In this document: positions 46,900 to 62,232 of the stretch, in pieces
Numbering within the stretch: the first letter of the stretch is position 1
How the letters are laid out: the number at the start of each line of letters is the position of its first letter
DNA from: Setoptus koraiensis
Taxonomy: Eukaryota; Animalia; Arthropoda
Length of the DNA: 64,000 nucleotides
Reading direction: 5' to 3'
NCBI GenBank assembly: GCA_048013815.1
Contig: CM106586.1
Location: 19,716,001 to 19,780,000 of the forward strand
Notes under the pieces: model-generated
Told to the model about the DNA's origin: nothing
Database searches by the model: none
The model's input: the letters and a program-made list of their open reading frames with translations, nothing else
Program-made: the position numbers and the translations under genes

Positions 46900-48596
46900 A
46901 TGCCCATTCCAATGTCGTATTTGGGCCTTTCATATATTTTGATGCTGGCAAGCGTTGTTGCATCAATTATCGGGGCTTTTATAATCAGGAGACAACTTAT
47001 CTTCCAGAGATATATCAAAGATACCGGCATACCATTCGTTCCAGTAACCAGCTATATTAGTGGCAGTTACAATTTATTGGTGACATCGAAACAAGCCCAC
47101 GTGGAGAGACTAGAAAAATATTTCCAATCATTGGGAGACACCTTCGGTTTTTTCATTGGGGAAGTGCCATTTGTCGCGACAAAAGATCTAGATCTCATTC
47201 ATAAAATTTATGTGCAAGATAGTCATAAGAACATCAACAGACCACACGTTGGAGTAACGGATGAGTATAAGGACGTGTCACTATTGCAGGCCCGAGATGA
47301 TATTTGGCGGAGAACCCGTCGTGCAATTGGCTCAACGATGACGTAAGTTTGTAAGAAATCTTGCTGCATTTTAGTAATCGTGTATATACTTATCTGATCA
47401 ATATTGGATCGTTAAATCTATTTTCTTGTCGCCTAAATGTTGCAAATTAAAGACTGTCCAAACTCAAGCTGGCCAATGTAGAGAAAGACGTTGATGATTG
47501 TCTGGACAATATGATGGCAAGTTTGGAGAAAAGAATTGAATCGCAATCCAATACCAATGATCAGCAATCAGGAGAAAAATCATCAACGGAAACAGTCTCG
47601 GTTATCCTAGATTGTTCAATTCTTTTCAAAAATTTTGTCATGGACACATTTTTGAATGTTGCATTCGATCAACCAGATCAGATTGATTACACTAACTTAC
47701 GTGGAAATAAGCTCGTTATCAATGCCACAGACATTGTCAAAAAAGGTCACAATATCGTAGTTGTTTGGACACTTTTCATTGTGAGGTTGACAAGTCTAAT
47801 ACAGGTGGCAATGAAACTGTTCAGAATTAATCATTTCAGTCAATATTTGAATAGCAGACTAGAAATCATCATTGAAAAAATGACGAGTGGCAGAAATCAA
47901 CTAGATGGTGATGAACAGCGTGAGAGAAAAAAAATGATACACTCTCTATTGGATTTGTACAAAGAAGAGAAACTTACCAAGAACGAGCTTATGGTAAATA
48001 TGTATTTCATGCTCATGGCAGGCTGGGACACAACAAGCGATTCCTTGACCGCACTAATGTGGCAACTGGCCAATAACAGGCCTGTCCAAGAGAATTTACG
48101 CAAAGAATTGATTAAGGACGGCATTGATTCATATTATTTACAATGTGTAGTCAAGGAGTCACTTAGATTGATGCCGGCTGTTACTACTGCACGCGAAATC
48201 GCCAAGGAATTCAAATGGAAAGGATTCACTTTTTTTGAAGGAATGGTCTTGTATATGCCGCCTTTCAATATAAATCGTGACGAAACTATTTGGGGCAAGG
48301 ATGCGGCTCAATTCAAGCCGGATCGTCATCAACAGGACCCACATCACCCGGCACAGAATTTGACATTTGGCTTGGGCCCGAGAAATTGTGTTGGTTATAA
48401 TTTGGCTATGCTCGAAATCAAAATGGTTGCGTGTCGAATATTGTTGAGTTACGACATCAGATTGTGTGAGAGTAGCCCAAAAAAGTTGTCACTTAAAACG
48501 AGCAAAGATACAATTTGGTTTCTGAATATTGTGCAAGATCCCGTCGAGCTCAACTTTGTGCCCCTGAGAGCCACACAATCAGAGGACACAGTGTAG
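46900..48596 (+). CDS. Cytochrome P450 (CYP-B), 2 exons, 528 aa
   Basis: Exons 46900-47342 and 47453-48596, with the intron at the same position and phase as CYP-A. WRRTR, MAGWDTTS, KESLR, KPDRH, FGLGPRNCVG. Confidence 0.95.
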
Positions 48597-48834
48597 CCAC
48601 AGAACTGATTGGGCAGACATGTTGCGTTCAGACAGGAGAATGATGGCTAGTTTGAAAAATCGATTTAGTATTCATCACACGCAAAGCAATCAGCAGACAA
48701 ACAAACGGAAACACGAAATAAACATAAGACAGTTTTCGGCAGATTTTTCGAAATTTTTCTGTTTTTTTTTTTCTAAATTTTTTTTTCGAAATCTTTTTGT
48801 TTTTTTCTTCGAAACTTTTCTTCTTCGAACTAGA

Positions 48835-48999
48835 CTAGACTTTGGGGGCGCTTCTGCGCGATTCATAAGCCACCTTTGCTAGGTTCGTGAGTTTTTTCGC
48901 GTTTGCCTCGCCTGTTGCGGCCACCATGTTTGCGAAGATGCCGCCGGAAATGGCCAGAAGTTGGTGCGCTCCGTCCGACTCCACCATGACGCCGGCGTT
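48835..48999 (-). other. Possible 3' end of an unidentified coding sequence cut by the assembly gap
   Basis: 55 open codons from the gap edge: NAGVMVESDGAHQLLAISGGIFANMVAATGEANAKKLTNLAKVAYESRRSAPKV*. GC-rich, coding-like codons, unlike the surrounding DNA. Confidence 0.3.
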
Positions 49000-49001
49000 C
49001 A

Positions 49002-50235
<1,234 letters not shown>

Positions 50236-50519
50236 TCCCGACCAGTTCCCTAGCTGCCCAACTTGCGCAACTCGAGCCAGCGAACGGCGCGTTCCTCCTG
50301 TGTGGCCGTTCGTGCCATGCGACGCGCTCGCGTCCGTCGATTCAGCTCGATTTGATTTGATTCCATGCGATCCGATTATTAGTGTGAGGCTCGGTTTGTT
50401 TGGCGCACGTTGCCAAGCGATCGTATCCCATTGCCGGGCCGGAGCGACACACACACGCCAAGTGACGTGAATACATTTCGCTCGTCATTCGCGCGCTCCA
50501 TTCGTGTGGCAGTCGCTTA

Positions 50520-52061
50520 CCCTTCGTGGAGCCTAGAAGTTACATCGTGGGTAGTTTCACAGGGTATAGATCAACAAAGCGGCAATCTGATGCGGAAATA
50601 ATGGACAAATATTGCCGAATAAAAGGAGACACTTTTGGCGCATTCTGCGGAACAACGCCATTCGTTTTTACGAAGGATCTCGACCTTCTCAGCAAAGTAT
50701 GGGTCACAGATAGCCACAAGCATATTGACAGGCCATTCGTCGGGTCTATAACAGGTTACGTTGATATGTCGCTTTTGCAGGCCGAAGGTGATGTTTGGCG
50801 AAAAATACGTCGAGCAATCGGATCAACCATGACGTAAGTTCAATATTTTTTTTAACATGATTATGATCAATTCCTTATAGTTATGATGCATCGCTTGATA
50901 TATCCAATTTATCAACTCTATCACAAAATTTCCTACAGACTATCGAAACTGAAGCTGGCAAACGTAGAGAGGGACGTCGAATATTGTCTCAATAAAATGA
51001 TGGCCAGTTTAGAGAGACGATCGATGCAAGTCACAAGTGATGATAAGGTTCAATCACAAGAAACAAAAAAGAGTTCCGTTACGGTAGAGTGTTCTAGCAT
51101 GTTCAAGAAGTTTATTATGGATTTATTCATGAATGTAGCCTTCGATAGACCCGATCAGATTGATTATGATGCCGATGACAACGAAATTATCACCAGCGCT
51201 GTAAACATTATGAAGAAGAGCTACAGTCCGGCTGTCATGTTGACATTATTTATACCTCAATTGGCGCCCTTTTTACGTATTGTAATTCGACTATTTAAAC
51301 TGAATCGTTTTGTTCAGTATTTGTATGACATTGTCGATACCATAATCGCCAAGACTGAAGAGGATCCCAGATCTGGCCAGGCGAAGAGCGAGCGACGAAT
51401 GATCCATTCATTGCTGGATTTGTACAAGGGTGGTCGTCTCACCAAAGACGAGCTTCAATCTAACGTACTTTTTATGCTTATGGCCGGTTGGGACACAACA
51501 AGTGAATCATTGACTGCCTTGATGTGGCAGTTAGCTATGCATGCCGATGTTCAAGAAAAGTTGCGCAATGAAATAATGAAAGATGGTGTAGAATCTGATT
51601 ATCTGTTCTGGGTTATAAAGGAGTCACTTAGGTTGCACCCGCCAGCAAAGACTGCGCGCCTGATCAACGAAGACTTCCATTGGAAAGGATACACGATAAT
51701 GAAGGGTATGATTCTTATTATGATGACGCGTTCATTGATGAGAGACAAAAGGACCTGGGGCGATGACGTCGAGCAATTCAAGCCGGAACGCTTTGATTTA
51801 AACAATAACATGCAACAGCACCCACATCAGTTTGTTCCGTTCGGTTTGGGGCCGAGAAATTGCGTCGGCTATCATCTGACAATGATTGAAATGAAAATGA
51901 CCATTTGCAGAATATTGCTGAACTACACAATTAAGGCCGCACCTGACACACCAAAAAGTTTAGCACTTAAAACAGGCGCGAGCTCAATTTTCTTTGTCAA
52001 TTTATTAAAGGATGAAATGCCGTTGGAGTTCGTGCCACTGCACATCAAGAATGATGAATAA
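50520..52061 (+). CDS. Cytochrome P450 (CYP-C), close paralog of CYP-A, missing its start codon and TM anchor as assembled
   Basis: Homology starts at PFVEPRSY (50520). Exon ends 50833, intron 50834-50938, exon 50939-52061, with all catalytic motifs intact. An in-frame TGA at 50463 and no ATG precede the homology. Confidence 0.8.
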
Positions 52062-52466
52062 TTTGCCGGTGCAGCAATAAGGGCAGAGAGGTACCGAACG
52101 AAAACAGGACATTAATAAAATAGCATGAATCAGGAGGTTCAAATTATTCAATGCATCATTATATGCATCTTCATCTGAACAATTATTTGTTTGCTTATTT
52201 ATTGCATCTCACGACTATTCGGAGATGCAATGCTCGTCAGATCCTGCAGTGGGGATGTTATGTTCGCCAGCCGACATACACTCCCAGAAACAACCTTTCT
52301 TTAACAGTTTTTCTTTGGTGCCACTGATTTCTTCATGAATTGATAAAAGGCTGTCAAATAAATTCAATCAGTGGCTGAGCAGCTTACTTTGGGCATTTTT
52401 AGCAAAAAATTAGTCTTCAAAGTTTCGAGAGTCTGAGCCATTTCACTCACGATTGCCAGTCGAACT

Positions 52467-52580
52467 AATTACACAATTAAAATTGCGCCTGACGTACCAA
52501 AAAGTTCACCACTGAAAGCGGGCAAAGGTTCAATTATTTTTGTACATATGTTAATGGACGAAATGCCATTGTTTTTTTAA
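52467..52580 (+). pseudogene. CYP 3'-end remnant (fourth copy)
   Basis: NYTIKIAPDVPKSSPLKAGKGSIIFVHMLMDEMPLFF* aligns with CYP-C NYTIKAAPDTPKSLALKTGASSIFFVNLLKDEMPLEF. Confidence 0.8.
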
Positions 52581-53416
52581 TCACAGGAATCCGCGTTATC
52601 TCTTTTAGAAATCACTTGTTATGGCTGATACCAACATGGAAGTATTTTGAAGGATTTAGATTGTGAAGTCGGACAAGGTAGCTGGTGCAAAGATGTGTGA
52701 TGATTCCACGATGGAGGACTCTTATATACTGTCCAGGGGATTTTCCTCTCGGGCTCGCAAACACATTATGACATCTGTTGCATTCATGATTCAAAATTGA
52801 AATTTTCAACCGATCAAATGTTAAAAAGCCAATCTGTTGATGCTAGCTCACCTGCCGGATGGATTCCACCAATTTCAGCAATGCAGCACTGGCTCGATTG
52901 TACAGAAAATAGTCAGTTTACAGAGGAAAGAACGAATCTCTACGAATAACGCGGCCGGCACAATATCTTTTTGGAGACAAGCAGAAACTCTCAGTATAAT
53001 CCGGCGTCCGCGAGAAATGTTGCTGCTTATGGAAGAGTCTTAGAAAATTTTCTGAATGATCATCTTCCGCATCGGTCATCATGATACACGAGAGTTTGCG
53101 CGGTTTAGCGAGGAAAAGATTCGGTTCCGGACAAATTTCGCCCGAAGCTCATATTTGGCAATGATAACAAGTACCTTTCATCGTCTTAGTTATTTTTTTT
53201 TTTTCGTTTATTTGAACTAACAAGACAGTGCTGGACAGAAAGAAAATTTTTGTTGCTTTGTTCGTTCGTTTGTCCGACATTGTTTGTGTGAGTGTTTGAT
53301 ATTTCGTGGCTGATTAGCTAGTGATTGTCGCAATTGTGATAGATACTAGATCTAATAATCATCGAAGCACTTGATCAGTTGATTTGTGGCAATAATTTGC
53401 GATCATGACGCCATTT

Positions 53417-56400
53417 CTATCTCATTGAAATTTGACTAGTTGTTGTCGAATCATTGGTTAGAGATGTTGCTATCGGCGGTAATCTGGTGTTATTGCACTC
53501 TCTCAAAATATTGTCCATATTGTCTTCATCGGCCACCACGGTTGATATTATGAAATCATCGTCGATCAAGGCAGACGACGTTTGTCGCGATTGCATGTCC
53601 ACATCGTTGTTCATATCAGTTATTAGAGAGTCTCTTTCATGTTGCTGATGATGATGGTGGTGCGATGTCAGTGTTATGTCATTTGAGATCGGCCCGAAGT
53701 AGCCATCGGCTTCGACGGGTGGCCCCACCGAATTGTCGTCGGGTAGACGACTGTTTGACATGGTCAATGAAATTGTTGATTGGTGTTGGACTGTCGTTGT
53801 TGGCGCTTGCTGGTGGTGGTGGTGCTGGTGGTGATGATGGTGCAGCGCATAGATGTCATTATCATGGGGTCGTTCATACGCGTTGTGCTTGTTGATTTGA
53901 TCATTTAATTGTTGCAAATGCTCCAGCGAGCTTACCTGGTTTGTTGCCGGTGGTTGTGATGGTATGGATGTCGTCCAATCGTCCACGTGAGCATGTGACG
54001 CAAGCGGCTGAATTGACATGGGTGAATTACTGTTTACGATCGTATCAACATTGTTGTTGTTGCTGTTGCTGCTAATATTGGCTGTTAATTGTTGTTGTGG
54101 TTGACTAGTTGTCGTATTGTACGACAATTGATTGCGTTGCATCTCGAGTTGCTTGCTGTTGTTTGTTATATTTCCGCCCATTTCCAGGGAGAGTTTTCTG
54201 CTTTGCTGCAACGGCATTCTGTCGGAAGTGAGCCTGGCGTGGGCGTTCGGTTGCCTGTTGTTGTACGAGGTTGGCTTAATATCGGACTCGCAAGAGATAT
54301 TGTCATCTGCAAGGTACTGCTGATGATGATACAGCTGATTGCGTCGGTGCAAATTATTGAATTGAACCTGCTGGCCAGACAATGGTGGCGACAAATAATT
54401 TTGGTGCTGTTGTTGTTGATGTTGTTGGTGTTGATGCTGCTGCTGCTGATGGGACAAGTGACGATTAGCATACAATCGTGTGTGCGATTGTTGTTTCTTG
54501 TTTTTATTGTTGCTAAAGGAATTGGCCATGTTACGCAATCTAGTGTGTCCGTGTTGCTGCTTGGTCGCTTGCGGATGACGCAATTTTAGGTTTCTAGTTG
54601 TTGTGGTCAATCTTGTGTTTGTCATTGTTGTTGTGCGCGCTGAGATGCTCGCTGGCGACGCGCTAGTAACGGTAGTAGTTGAGATTGTTGTTGTTGTCAT
54701 TGATTGGTGGTCCGGCAAGCTTCTGGCGTCCAGTGAGGACAGCTTGCTGTTGTTGTTGTTGCCCGTTGGTGTTGTTGTCAAACATGAATTCACATCTGTA
54801 TCACTGGTCAATATTGCTGCCTTTTCACTGGCCTCATTCTGTCGTTGGTGATGCTGTTGATGCTGCTGCTGCTGCAGTAGCTGAGATCTCACATCCAATC
54901 TGTTTATTCGGACATTCTCATTATCTTCATTTATAACGAGATCTTCTTCTAGTTTGAGATTTGATCCACGATGTCGCCGCTGTCGACGCTGCTGCTGCTG
55001 GCCGCCCCCCGTGCGACCACTGTTGTCGCACTCATTCTGGTCACCTGTCTGATTGTCAGTCTGGTCATTTCCGGTACCGTCGTCGTCGTCATCGTCGTCG
55101 TCGTCATCATCGTAATCGTCTCTGCCATCGTCATCCACTCCTCTGTCATCATCGTCATCTTCGTCGTCGCCGTTATCTCTATTGGCGCCATTGTTGTCGT
55201 TTCTATGGTCGTCATCATCATCTTCGTCTTCGTCTTCGTCATCGTCGTCGTCGTCATCATCGTCCGAAGCATCGCTATTTGTCGACGGCGTAGACGACAA
55301 CTGACCCCCGGTAAGACTGTGCGAATGACTCGAAGCGCCATCTACGTCCCTCTTGAGGCGCTTCTCTTTGGCACGACGATTCTGAAACCAAACCTGAACA
55401 ACTCTCATGTCCAGTCCAGTTTCACTACTCAATTGCTCTCTAATATGCCTAGCTGGCTTTGGCGAGCTCTGATAGGCTAATTTGAGCGTCTCCAATTGTT
55501 TGGCCGTTATAGTTGTTCTTGGCCGCTTAGACGAGCACTCTACAGGACGGGAAGCAAAACAAAAAATGACGAACAATTTAAAACAAATTTTGAATTAATT
55601 ATCGCTTATTATTATTGTTTGTTATGATCGCTTATTTTCAGGGGAATATCTCCGAAAATGTTGCCCATATATAGCTTACCTCGCTGCTTGGCGGCCTCGT
55701 AATCGGCCTTGCAAACAAGCCTGTTGTCCTCCATGAGATAAAACTCATCACCGGTATTCAATTGTTGCTTACATATAATACAATCAAAACAATCCAAATG
55801 ATACACGTTCTGTTGTGCTCGCCTCACCTGAGTAGTGGGCGCTATACCTTGTTCGCAATGAGCGCAACGTGTCTTGGCAAAACGACGGAAGAAATGATCG
55901 CTGCAGTAGGGCCGATTATTTCTTATATAACATTTCATTGTTAGCCTATCCTGACAGTCTGTACAAACTAGACAAGCTTTAATATCCAGTGCCATCAACA
56001 ATAAGAGAGATTAGTTTTGTTTTCCGAAGCTTTTTTCTATCGCTCACACAACTCCATCAACTGTCTCGAATCATCTAAATACTCACATGAATGCCAACAC
56101 GAATGGTGTTGCTGATTATCATCACAGGCCAATTTAAATATAAAGCGATCCATTATTATACCATCACATCCTGAACACCTTGGTAAAGTTTCTACATATA
56201 TGGCAAACATTATTGTAAAAGCGGAAGTCAAGTGAAAAAGTTTTGATTGTTAGGCAACGGTGTTAAAAAACGATTTCACCGCTATTTTTTATTTCGGTGA
56301 GACATGTCGTCAACTTATTAGCATATTACTCCCGCTAGGTGCCGTCCAAATGAATCATGACAGTCTAATCAATATATTGCTATTGATCAGACTGGACGAT

Positions 56401-59400
56401 GCGACAAATATGCCCTACAAAAGTTGGTTTCGGGGGCTTTTTTTATCGATTTCTGGTTTTCGTGCTTGTTACAGATACAAATAGAGGGTCTAATTTCGGA
56501 AAAAAAAACAAAGCAAAGTTTCCATTTTTTTTGCCGAGGTGGTGCCCAGGAGAGTTCAAAAAGGCATCATGGAGAATTACCTTGTTATTTATTTCGATTT
56601 CTAATTGAAAATATGGTGGCATTGATCAAATAATCAATCAATTAATTGATGGAAACTCTCTAAACGTGTTTGCACGCACTCGAAATAGAAATGCGAGTGC
56701 AGAAAATTTGTTGTCGCTTTTCTTTCAATGATTTTTTTCGACTGTCCCTCTGACAGTTGAACGCAACATAACTGCTGCTTCGCCCGTTATGTGCCCCGAA
56801 AAAGAGAGATTGACATTTTTAACTTTTTCATACATTGAAGAAAATTGCAGCGCCAAGCTAAAAGATTTCAGTTACCGGAAGTCAGGAAAATTTGCGGCCA
56901 TCATCGAAAATCTCTTCTTGAAGTCTGGAGTGATCTATAGCTCATAATTACTCTTGAGCCGCGCTCGAAATCAAAATAATCAGTCGATGCTCTTTTTGAA
57001 GAGGACATTTGACACTGACTCGATTATAAAGCTGAACCAACAGCTCGATATGATGCAAGCGAGATTTGCATTCTATCACTGGTAACACAATTGCAGCGGA
57101 CAGTAGATTTATAAAATTCGGTTATATAACGCAAGCGCACAAATGAATGATGATTAGAAGAGAGAGAGCGGCCTATATTTATATATAAATATATGTATGA
57201 ATGTATTTATTTATATGTGAGCTTGTCCTATCATTGTTCATCGCGCCTATAAGTTGTATGTATGGTCTTGTTGATGTATGCTGGTGCCAGTAGCTGGCAG
57301 CGAGCCCGATAAGCACTAAGCTAGTGCCCACTATTATGTAATGGGCCAGTATTATCGCATCAATGTTTATATAGATCCACTACTGGCTAGTGGTGGTTAG
57401 TAGCTGTTAGCGGGCCCCAGTAGCAAGAAGGAAGCACTTCATGTGATTGGTTGAGCAACACTAACTGAGCACAAGCGAGTAGTGGCATTTTAACCGTTAT
57501 GTGGGGATCACATGAGGCCAGCAGACACACATAGATGCGTAGCACGTGATCGATAAGAATAAGTTGTAGTGAGTGAAAGGCAAGTGAACAAAACAATTTC
57601 AATTGATTGAAATACATACGACGACGACGACGACGGCGGCAGCGGCCAACAACGGCCAACAGCGGCCAACTGTATGGGCACGAGCTGCAGCTTAATGGTT
57701 GCGTAATCAAATTAGCTAATGGCTTCTTGTCGTCGCACAAGGCTCAAGTCAAGCCAAAAGGCAGAGCGAAAGAACTGGCCAGCTATAAGCTTTAACTTTG
57801 CTGTATTGGTTGTTGCTCAATGGCACACTTAAACACGAGCAACAAACAAACAAATAACTATAATAACAAACATTTATTATATATGAATGTATTGATCGCG
57901 ATTGGCGAAGCATTCGAGCATTTTAGCATTCGCGAGTACACCTTGTGTTGGCATAGCTGTGCAAGTCGTTGCAGGGGCCCCAAAGCGAGCGCCGTCTTCG
58001 ATCGGTTCTCACCAGCGCGCGAGCTCAAGTGCACAGCATACATCTGTGCGCATGTATATTGCGGCATGCACATTGCCTGCAAAGTGGGCAGCGGGCTGCA
58101 TTTATGCCATTTATCCGGCTCGCCGGCTCGCGAAACGGGTAAATGGATAAACGGAACCACGAGAGATAGTGATGGGACCGACCACCAATCAATTATGTGT
58201 GTGTGTCGCTGGTGGCGGCCTCTATCCTATTAACATATTCGCCATAGGTCCCACTTATGTTTATCCACTTCATCTTGAGTGTGCAAGTGTGCACTTATCA
58301 TCGTGGGATAGAGGCCCGCTGCCATTACGTAACGTGCTCGCTTATAACTCTCACGACCGACAGTACAAGTCGCTTCTGGCGCATGTAAGATGCCTGCTAA
58401 GTACATGGCCGTAATAACATGGATGAGAATATATCGATTTGTCGTTTGTGATATCCCTCATTAGAGCTCACCTATTATACATTTATTGGCGGCTGGGCTG
58501 CCACTTGTGCGATCGACCTGCCCGAGTGTTTTGCACAGTGTGCCTGCTGCCCGACACTGTCAATCTATAAACATATCCGCCGGGCAGCGCCACTTGTCGG
58601 GGAAGGGGGATCCCCTCGAGTGCAAACGATCATCGCACCACTGATACGTGCTACTTTGGCCGCTGTCAAGAATGGCGCACGCGACCAGAGCGACCATAGC
58701 GATCATGGCGACCATAGCGACTATAGCGACTTTCGCGACTTGTGCACGCGCGGCGCACAGGCAATTCGCGCTAGAAGCACACGCCATAAATTGTGCCCCT
58801 GGGAACGCTCTCGGTCAATGTTGCGCATCGGCCACAGTGAGCGAGCGAGCGAGCGATGGAAGGCAAAAAAGAAACACTTTGCTAAAAAAACTCTTCGCCA
58901 ACGCTTCACTTAATGCGCAATAGTCGCCCGTTTTTTCCCCTCTCACCTAGCGCCGGTCCACTAGCCACCGGATTCACCCGTGTCTGTACCTGCGGCGGCT
59001 GCTGCGACTGCCCCGGCGCGCACGAATGTGCACATTGGGGCCCGATGGGTCGGCGCAGCGAATCACGCCAACGCGCATATCGTATAGCATGGCCAATTCG
59101 CGCAATAGCACGGCCAATTCGCGCAATATCATGGCCAATTCGCGCATCAGCCGCGTATAGCCGCGCATAGCCGAAGCCGAGGATACGCGAATTGGTGATA
59201 TCTGCGCGCGTGCCCACGAGCTCAACGGGACAAGGTCGCTCGTCCGGTTCATGCTATTATCAGATGCGCGGGGCAATAATGAACTATTTCGTGCGACAAC
59301 TGTGTGATCCCGGCGATGCGAGGGACAACAATCGGGATCACAGGGAGATTAGCGCCGGAGCGGCTCGCGGGCCCGGCGCCCAGCAAAGATAACGGCGCAG

Positions 59401-61465
59401 TTTTTGTGGAGTTGCGAAAGAGATTAACGGACGCTGGCATTAGTCGGGTACACGGTTAATTCACATGTAGTAACTGTTAATTCACACGACCAGCGACTTT
59501 AACCACCGTCGAGGCACTCGCATCGCTCGCCTGGGCACCATTTGCTCGAGCTAGCGGCGCATCCCGGCGCTCGTTTTATTTCCCGCGGGTTTTCGTATAA
59601 TTATAGCGCGATCGCTGAACGCCATACACGTATATATAACTTATACGGCATGAATGAGCGGGCAGCTTGACAAAATTTGTATGTATACCCTTGCGCATAT
59701 ATCCGAGCGGACATGGCACGGCCAGTTATATCACACGCTCGTGATATAATGCGCGGCAAGCATGTGATATAACTGCAAGACCGTGTACGGGGCGATATGG
59801 GCCAATATGGGCCGACATTCGGGCCGAATGGACCCAAAACACGCACACGTTTTCGCGGCGATGACCAACGGCTCGTGCAAGCCGGTGTTATACGATGTTG
59901 TCACGATGCTATTTTAACGCCAGGTAGTGTCGCAACAGAGCGAGCCTAACGTCCGGTTTGTACACTGCGGCGCCACATGTGCGCCTGTGTTCGTGTTACA
60001 CTGGATGCGCCGGCCGGGCGACTGACCGACGGGGCGCCGCGACGAAACTGCCCGAGAGCGACCAACTGACTGGAGAGAGAGTAACTCGAAGGGCAATCTA
60101 GAGCGACAAATATCCGCCCGGGCGGCAGCCTTTCGCTCTGGTCGCAAACAACCAGAGGCCGCCGTGTATCTTTTGTGGGCGCCTCTCGTCGTTGGCTCGC
60201 TCTGGTCGCTCTGTCCGGTCGCCGTGCAGATTGACGATAAGCGTCCGATTGCGTGACTGTCGCCGCTCGGGTCTCTCTCAGGAGTCAAAGTAGTCACTTG
60301 AGGCTGACCTCGGACAACACAAATTGTCGTCTACTTGAGCGCTCTCTCCCGTTCGCTCTAGCCACTCTATGGCCGCTCTCTGGCCGCTCTCTGGCTGCTC
60401 TCTGGTTGCTCGCACGAGCCTCAGGTGAGTCAATATCAGCGACGAGATCAAATTTTGGCCGGCTTTTGTTGGTTACTTTTGCTGGCTGGCTGGCTGGCCC
60501 GCTCGGCGGCACAGTTACAGCGGCAGCAGCAGCAGTCATAGTTGTGCCAATGGCGACTCGGTGCAGCGAGCGGCGCAAGATTTGCGCGACCCACAGAATG
60601 AATTGAATCAAGCACGCGACGCACTAATCCAAGTCCGACGCAAATGAAACTCTAGCACGTGCTGCTACCACCGCAACAGTGACACGAGTGTGCCAGCGCG
60701 CGTCCACATAATATTATATGGGCAAGTTACGTAATATGTGAGTGTGTGTGTCGTCGGACTGGAGCTCTCGCCAAAGCTCAACTGACCAGCCAGCACTCAC
60801 AGTTGCAGTTGCTGTGACGCTCCACGGCTCAAGAAACAGCCAGACAACTGGACAGAGGAGCCTCAATTAATATTTGGCCGGTCGCCTGTCTGGCCGCACA
60901 TATTCGCGTATGTGACTGTGAACGGTGTTTGCGTTGACTTTCGGATTGTGTAAGCGCCGGACGTGCGCTCGCAATTGGCCCGGCAACGGGCACAACAAAA
61001 GGCGCCCCAAAAAACCACTGTGTCAACTGATTGAAGTTTGTCGCGTAACACGTGGCGCCAATTGATCACGCCTAAGCGCCGCGCACGCACCCACGCGCCA
61101 CGCGGGCCCCACAATGGGCGCCGCTGTCCGCCTGCTGGCGTGCCATAGATCACATGTATCATGTGATCTATGGCACGGCCAGTGACAATTGTGAGCGAAT
61201 GGCTAGTTGAAAATGCGCGCCGGCACATGGTTTAAAACGGGCGGTTCACGCTGGCCCCACGCACTGACTCACAGTGTGATAGGATAGGATGGGCGATCAG
61301 CAGGGGCCAATTGACGATTGCTGGAAAAAATGCAAATATAACTGCCGAGAATAGCTGACAGACAGTTAGTGAAACTGCCGGCGTTGTGGGCTCACCTTGA
61401 ATGGCTTTGTTGTTGATGAGTACTGAGAAGAGGTGCTGCTTGCTCGACGATTCTGTTTGGCTCAT
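53417..61465 (-). CDS. Lim3: LIM-homeobox transcription factor Lhx3/4 (Lim3); 3 well-supported exons plus an inferred first exon, about 864 aa
   Basis: Exons 56191-56087, 55976-55680 and 55539-53417 join in phase 1 (GTGAGT/GTAAGC donors, AAG/TAG acceptors). They give LIM1 (CSGC...DRFIFK...WHSSCLVC), LIM2 ([27 protein letters not shown]...[19 protein letters not shown]) and the homeodomain [16 protein letters not shown]...[36 protein letters not shown]. Exon 1 (61465-61396, MSQTESS...AIQ G|GTGAGC) fits the phase across a 5.2-kb intron but is inferred, with lower confidence. Confidence 0.9.
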
Positions 61466-62097
61466 GTTGCTGTTGGGCTCGCTTGAGGCTATCACAACTT
61501 CATTGAGATTTGTTTCAGAGGATTTGTTTCAGAGGATTCGTTTCAAAGGATTTGTTGCAAACTGTGCGATGCTGCGGCTGCGGCTGCTGCTGCTGATGCT
61601 ATTCGTTGCTGTCTTGCGTGGTTCACTTGAGATGAGTTAATTAATTAATTTGTTCCAATGATGTTTCAATGATTGTGTGTGTGTGTGTGTGTGTGTAGCG
61701 CAATGCTGGCTTGGGTGCTGGCTGGCTGGCTGGCGTCCAGTGCTGACCGTTACGCCGCGATGACGGCCGATTAACGACGGGCGACCTGTTGATGTCGTTG
61801 TTGACGAATGGGTGCCGTCGGCACACGCATTAGCACATTAGATAAAGGTGGCATAATAACGCGCACGGCCAGAGACGACAAGTCGTAACGGGTGATCAAT
61901 GGCGATGCTCGATCTTGAAAATCAGCGCAGATCACATTTGTTGCACACTTGACACAATTAACGGCATCACCTGAGTTACAATGCGCGACTCGGCTCGTCT
62001 TGGTTGCTCGGCTCTGCTCGTCTCGTCTTGGTTGCTCGGCTTCTCGGCTCGGCTGCCCGGCTCGGCTGCCCGGCTCGGCTGCTAATCGTTCGGCCCT

Positions 62098-62232
62098 ATC
62101 ACGAGCCCTATTACGAGCCCTATTACGAGCTCTGTGATGAGCCCGATTATGAGCCCTGTTGAGCCCTATTAAGAGCCTTACTGAGCCCTATTAAGAACTT
62201 TATGGAGCCCTATTACGAGCCCTATTATAAGA
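62098..62232. repeat. Degenerate 12-nt tandem repeat (GAGCCCTATTAC-like)
   Basis: About 10 imperfect units directly visible. Confidence 0.75.

Noticed and set aside
53255-53280. TTTGTTCGTTCG resembling miR-375
   Set aside because: Only a partial match within a TTCG microsatellite with no hairpin partner. I recognised no convincing miRNA, tRNA or rRNA anywhere in the window.
61637-61650. TTAATTAATTAATT upstream of the inferred Lim3 exon 1 as an autoregulatory LIM-HD site
   Set aside because: Identical TAAT stutters occur elsewhere (11700, 26150, 46870), so it is not distinguishable from background slippage.
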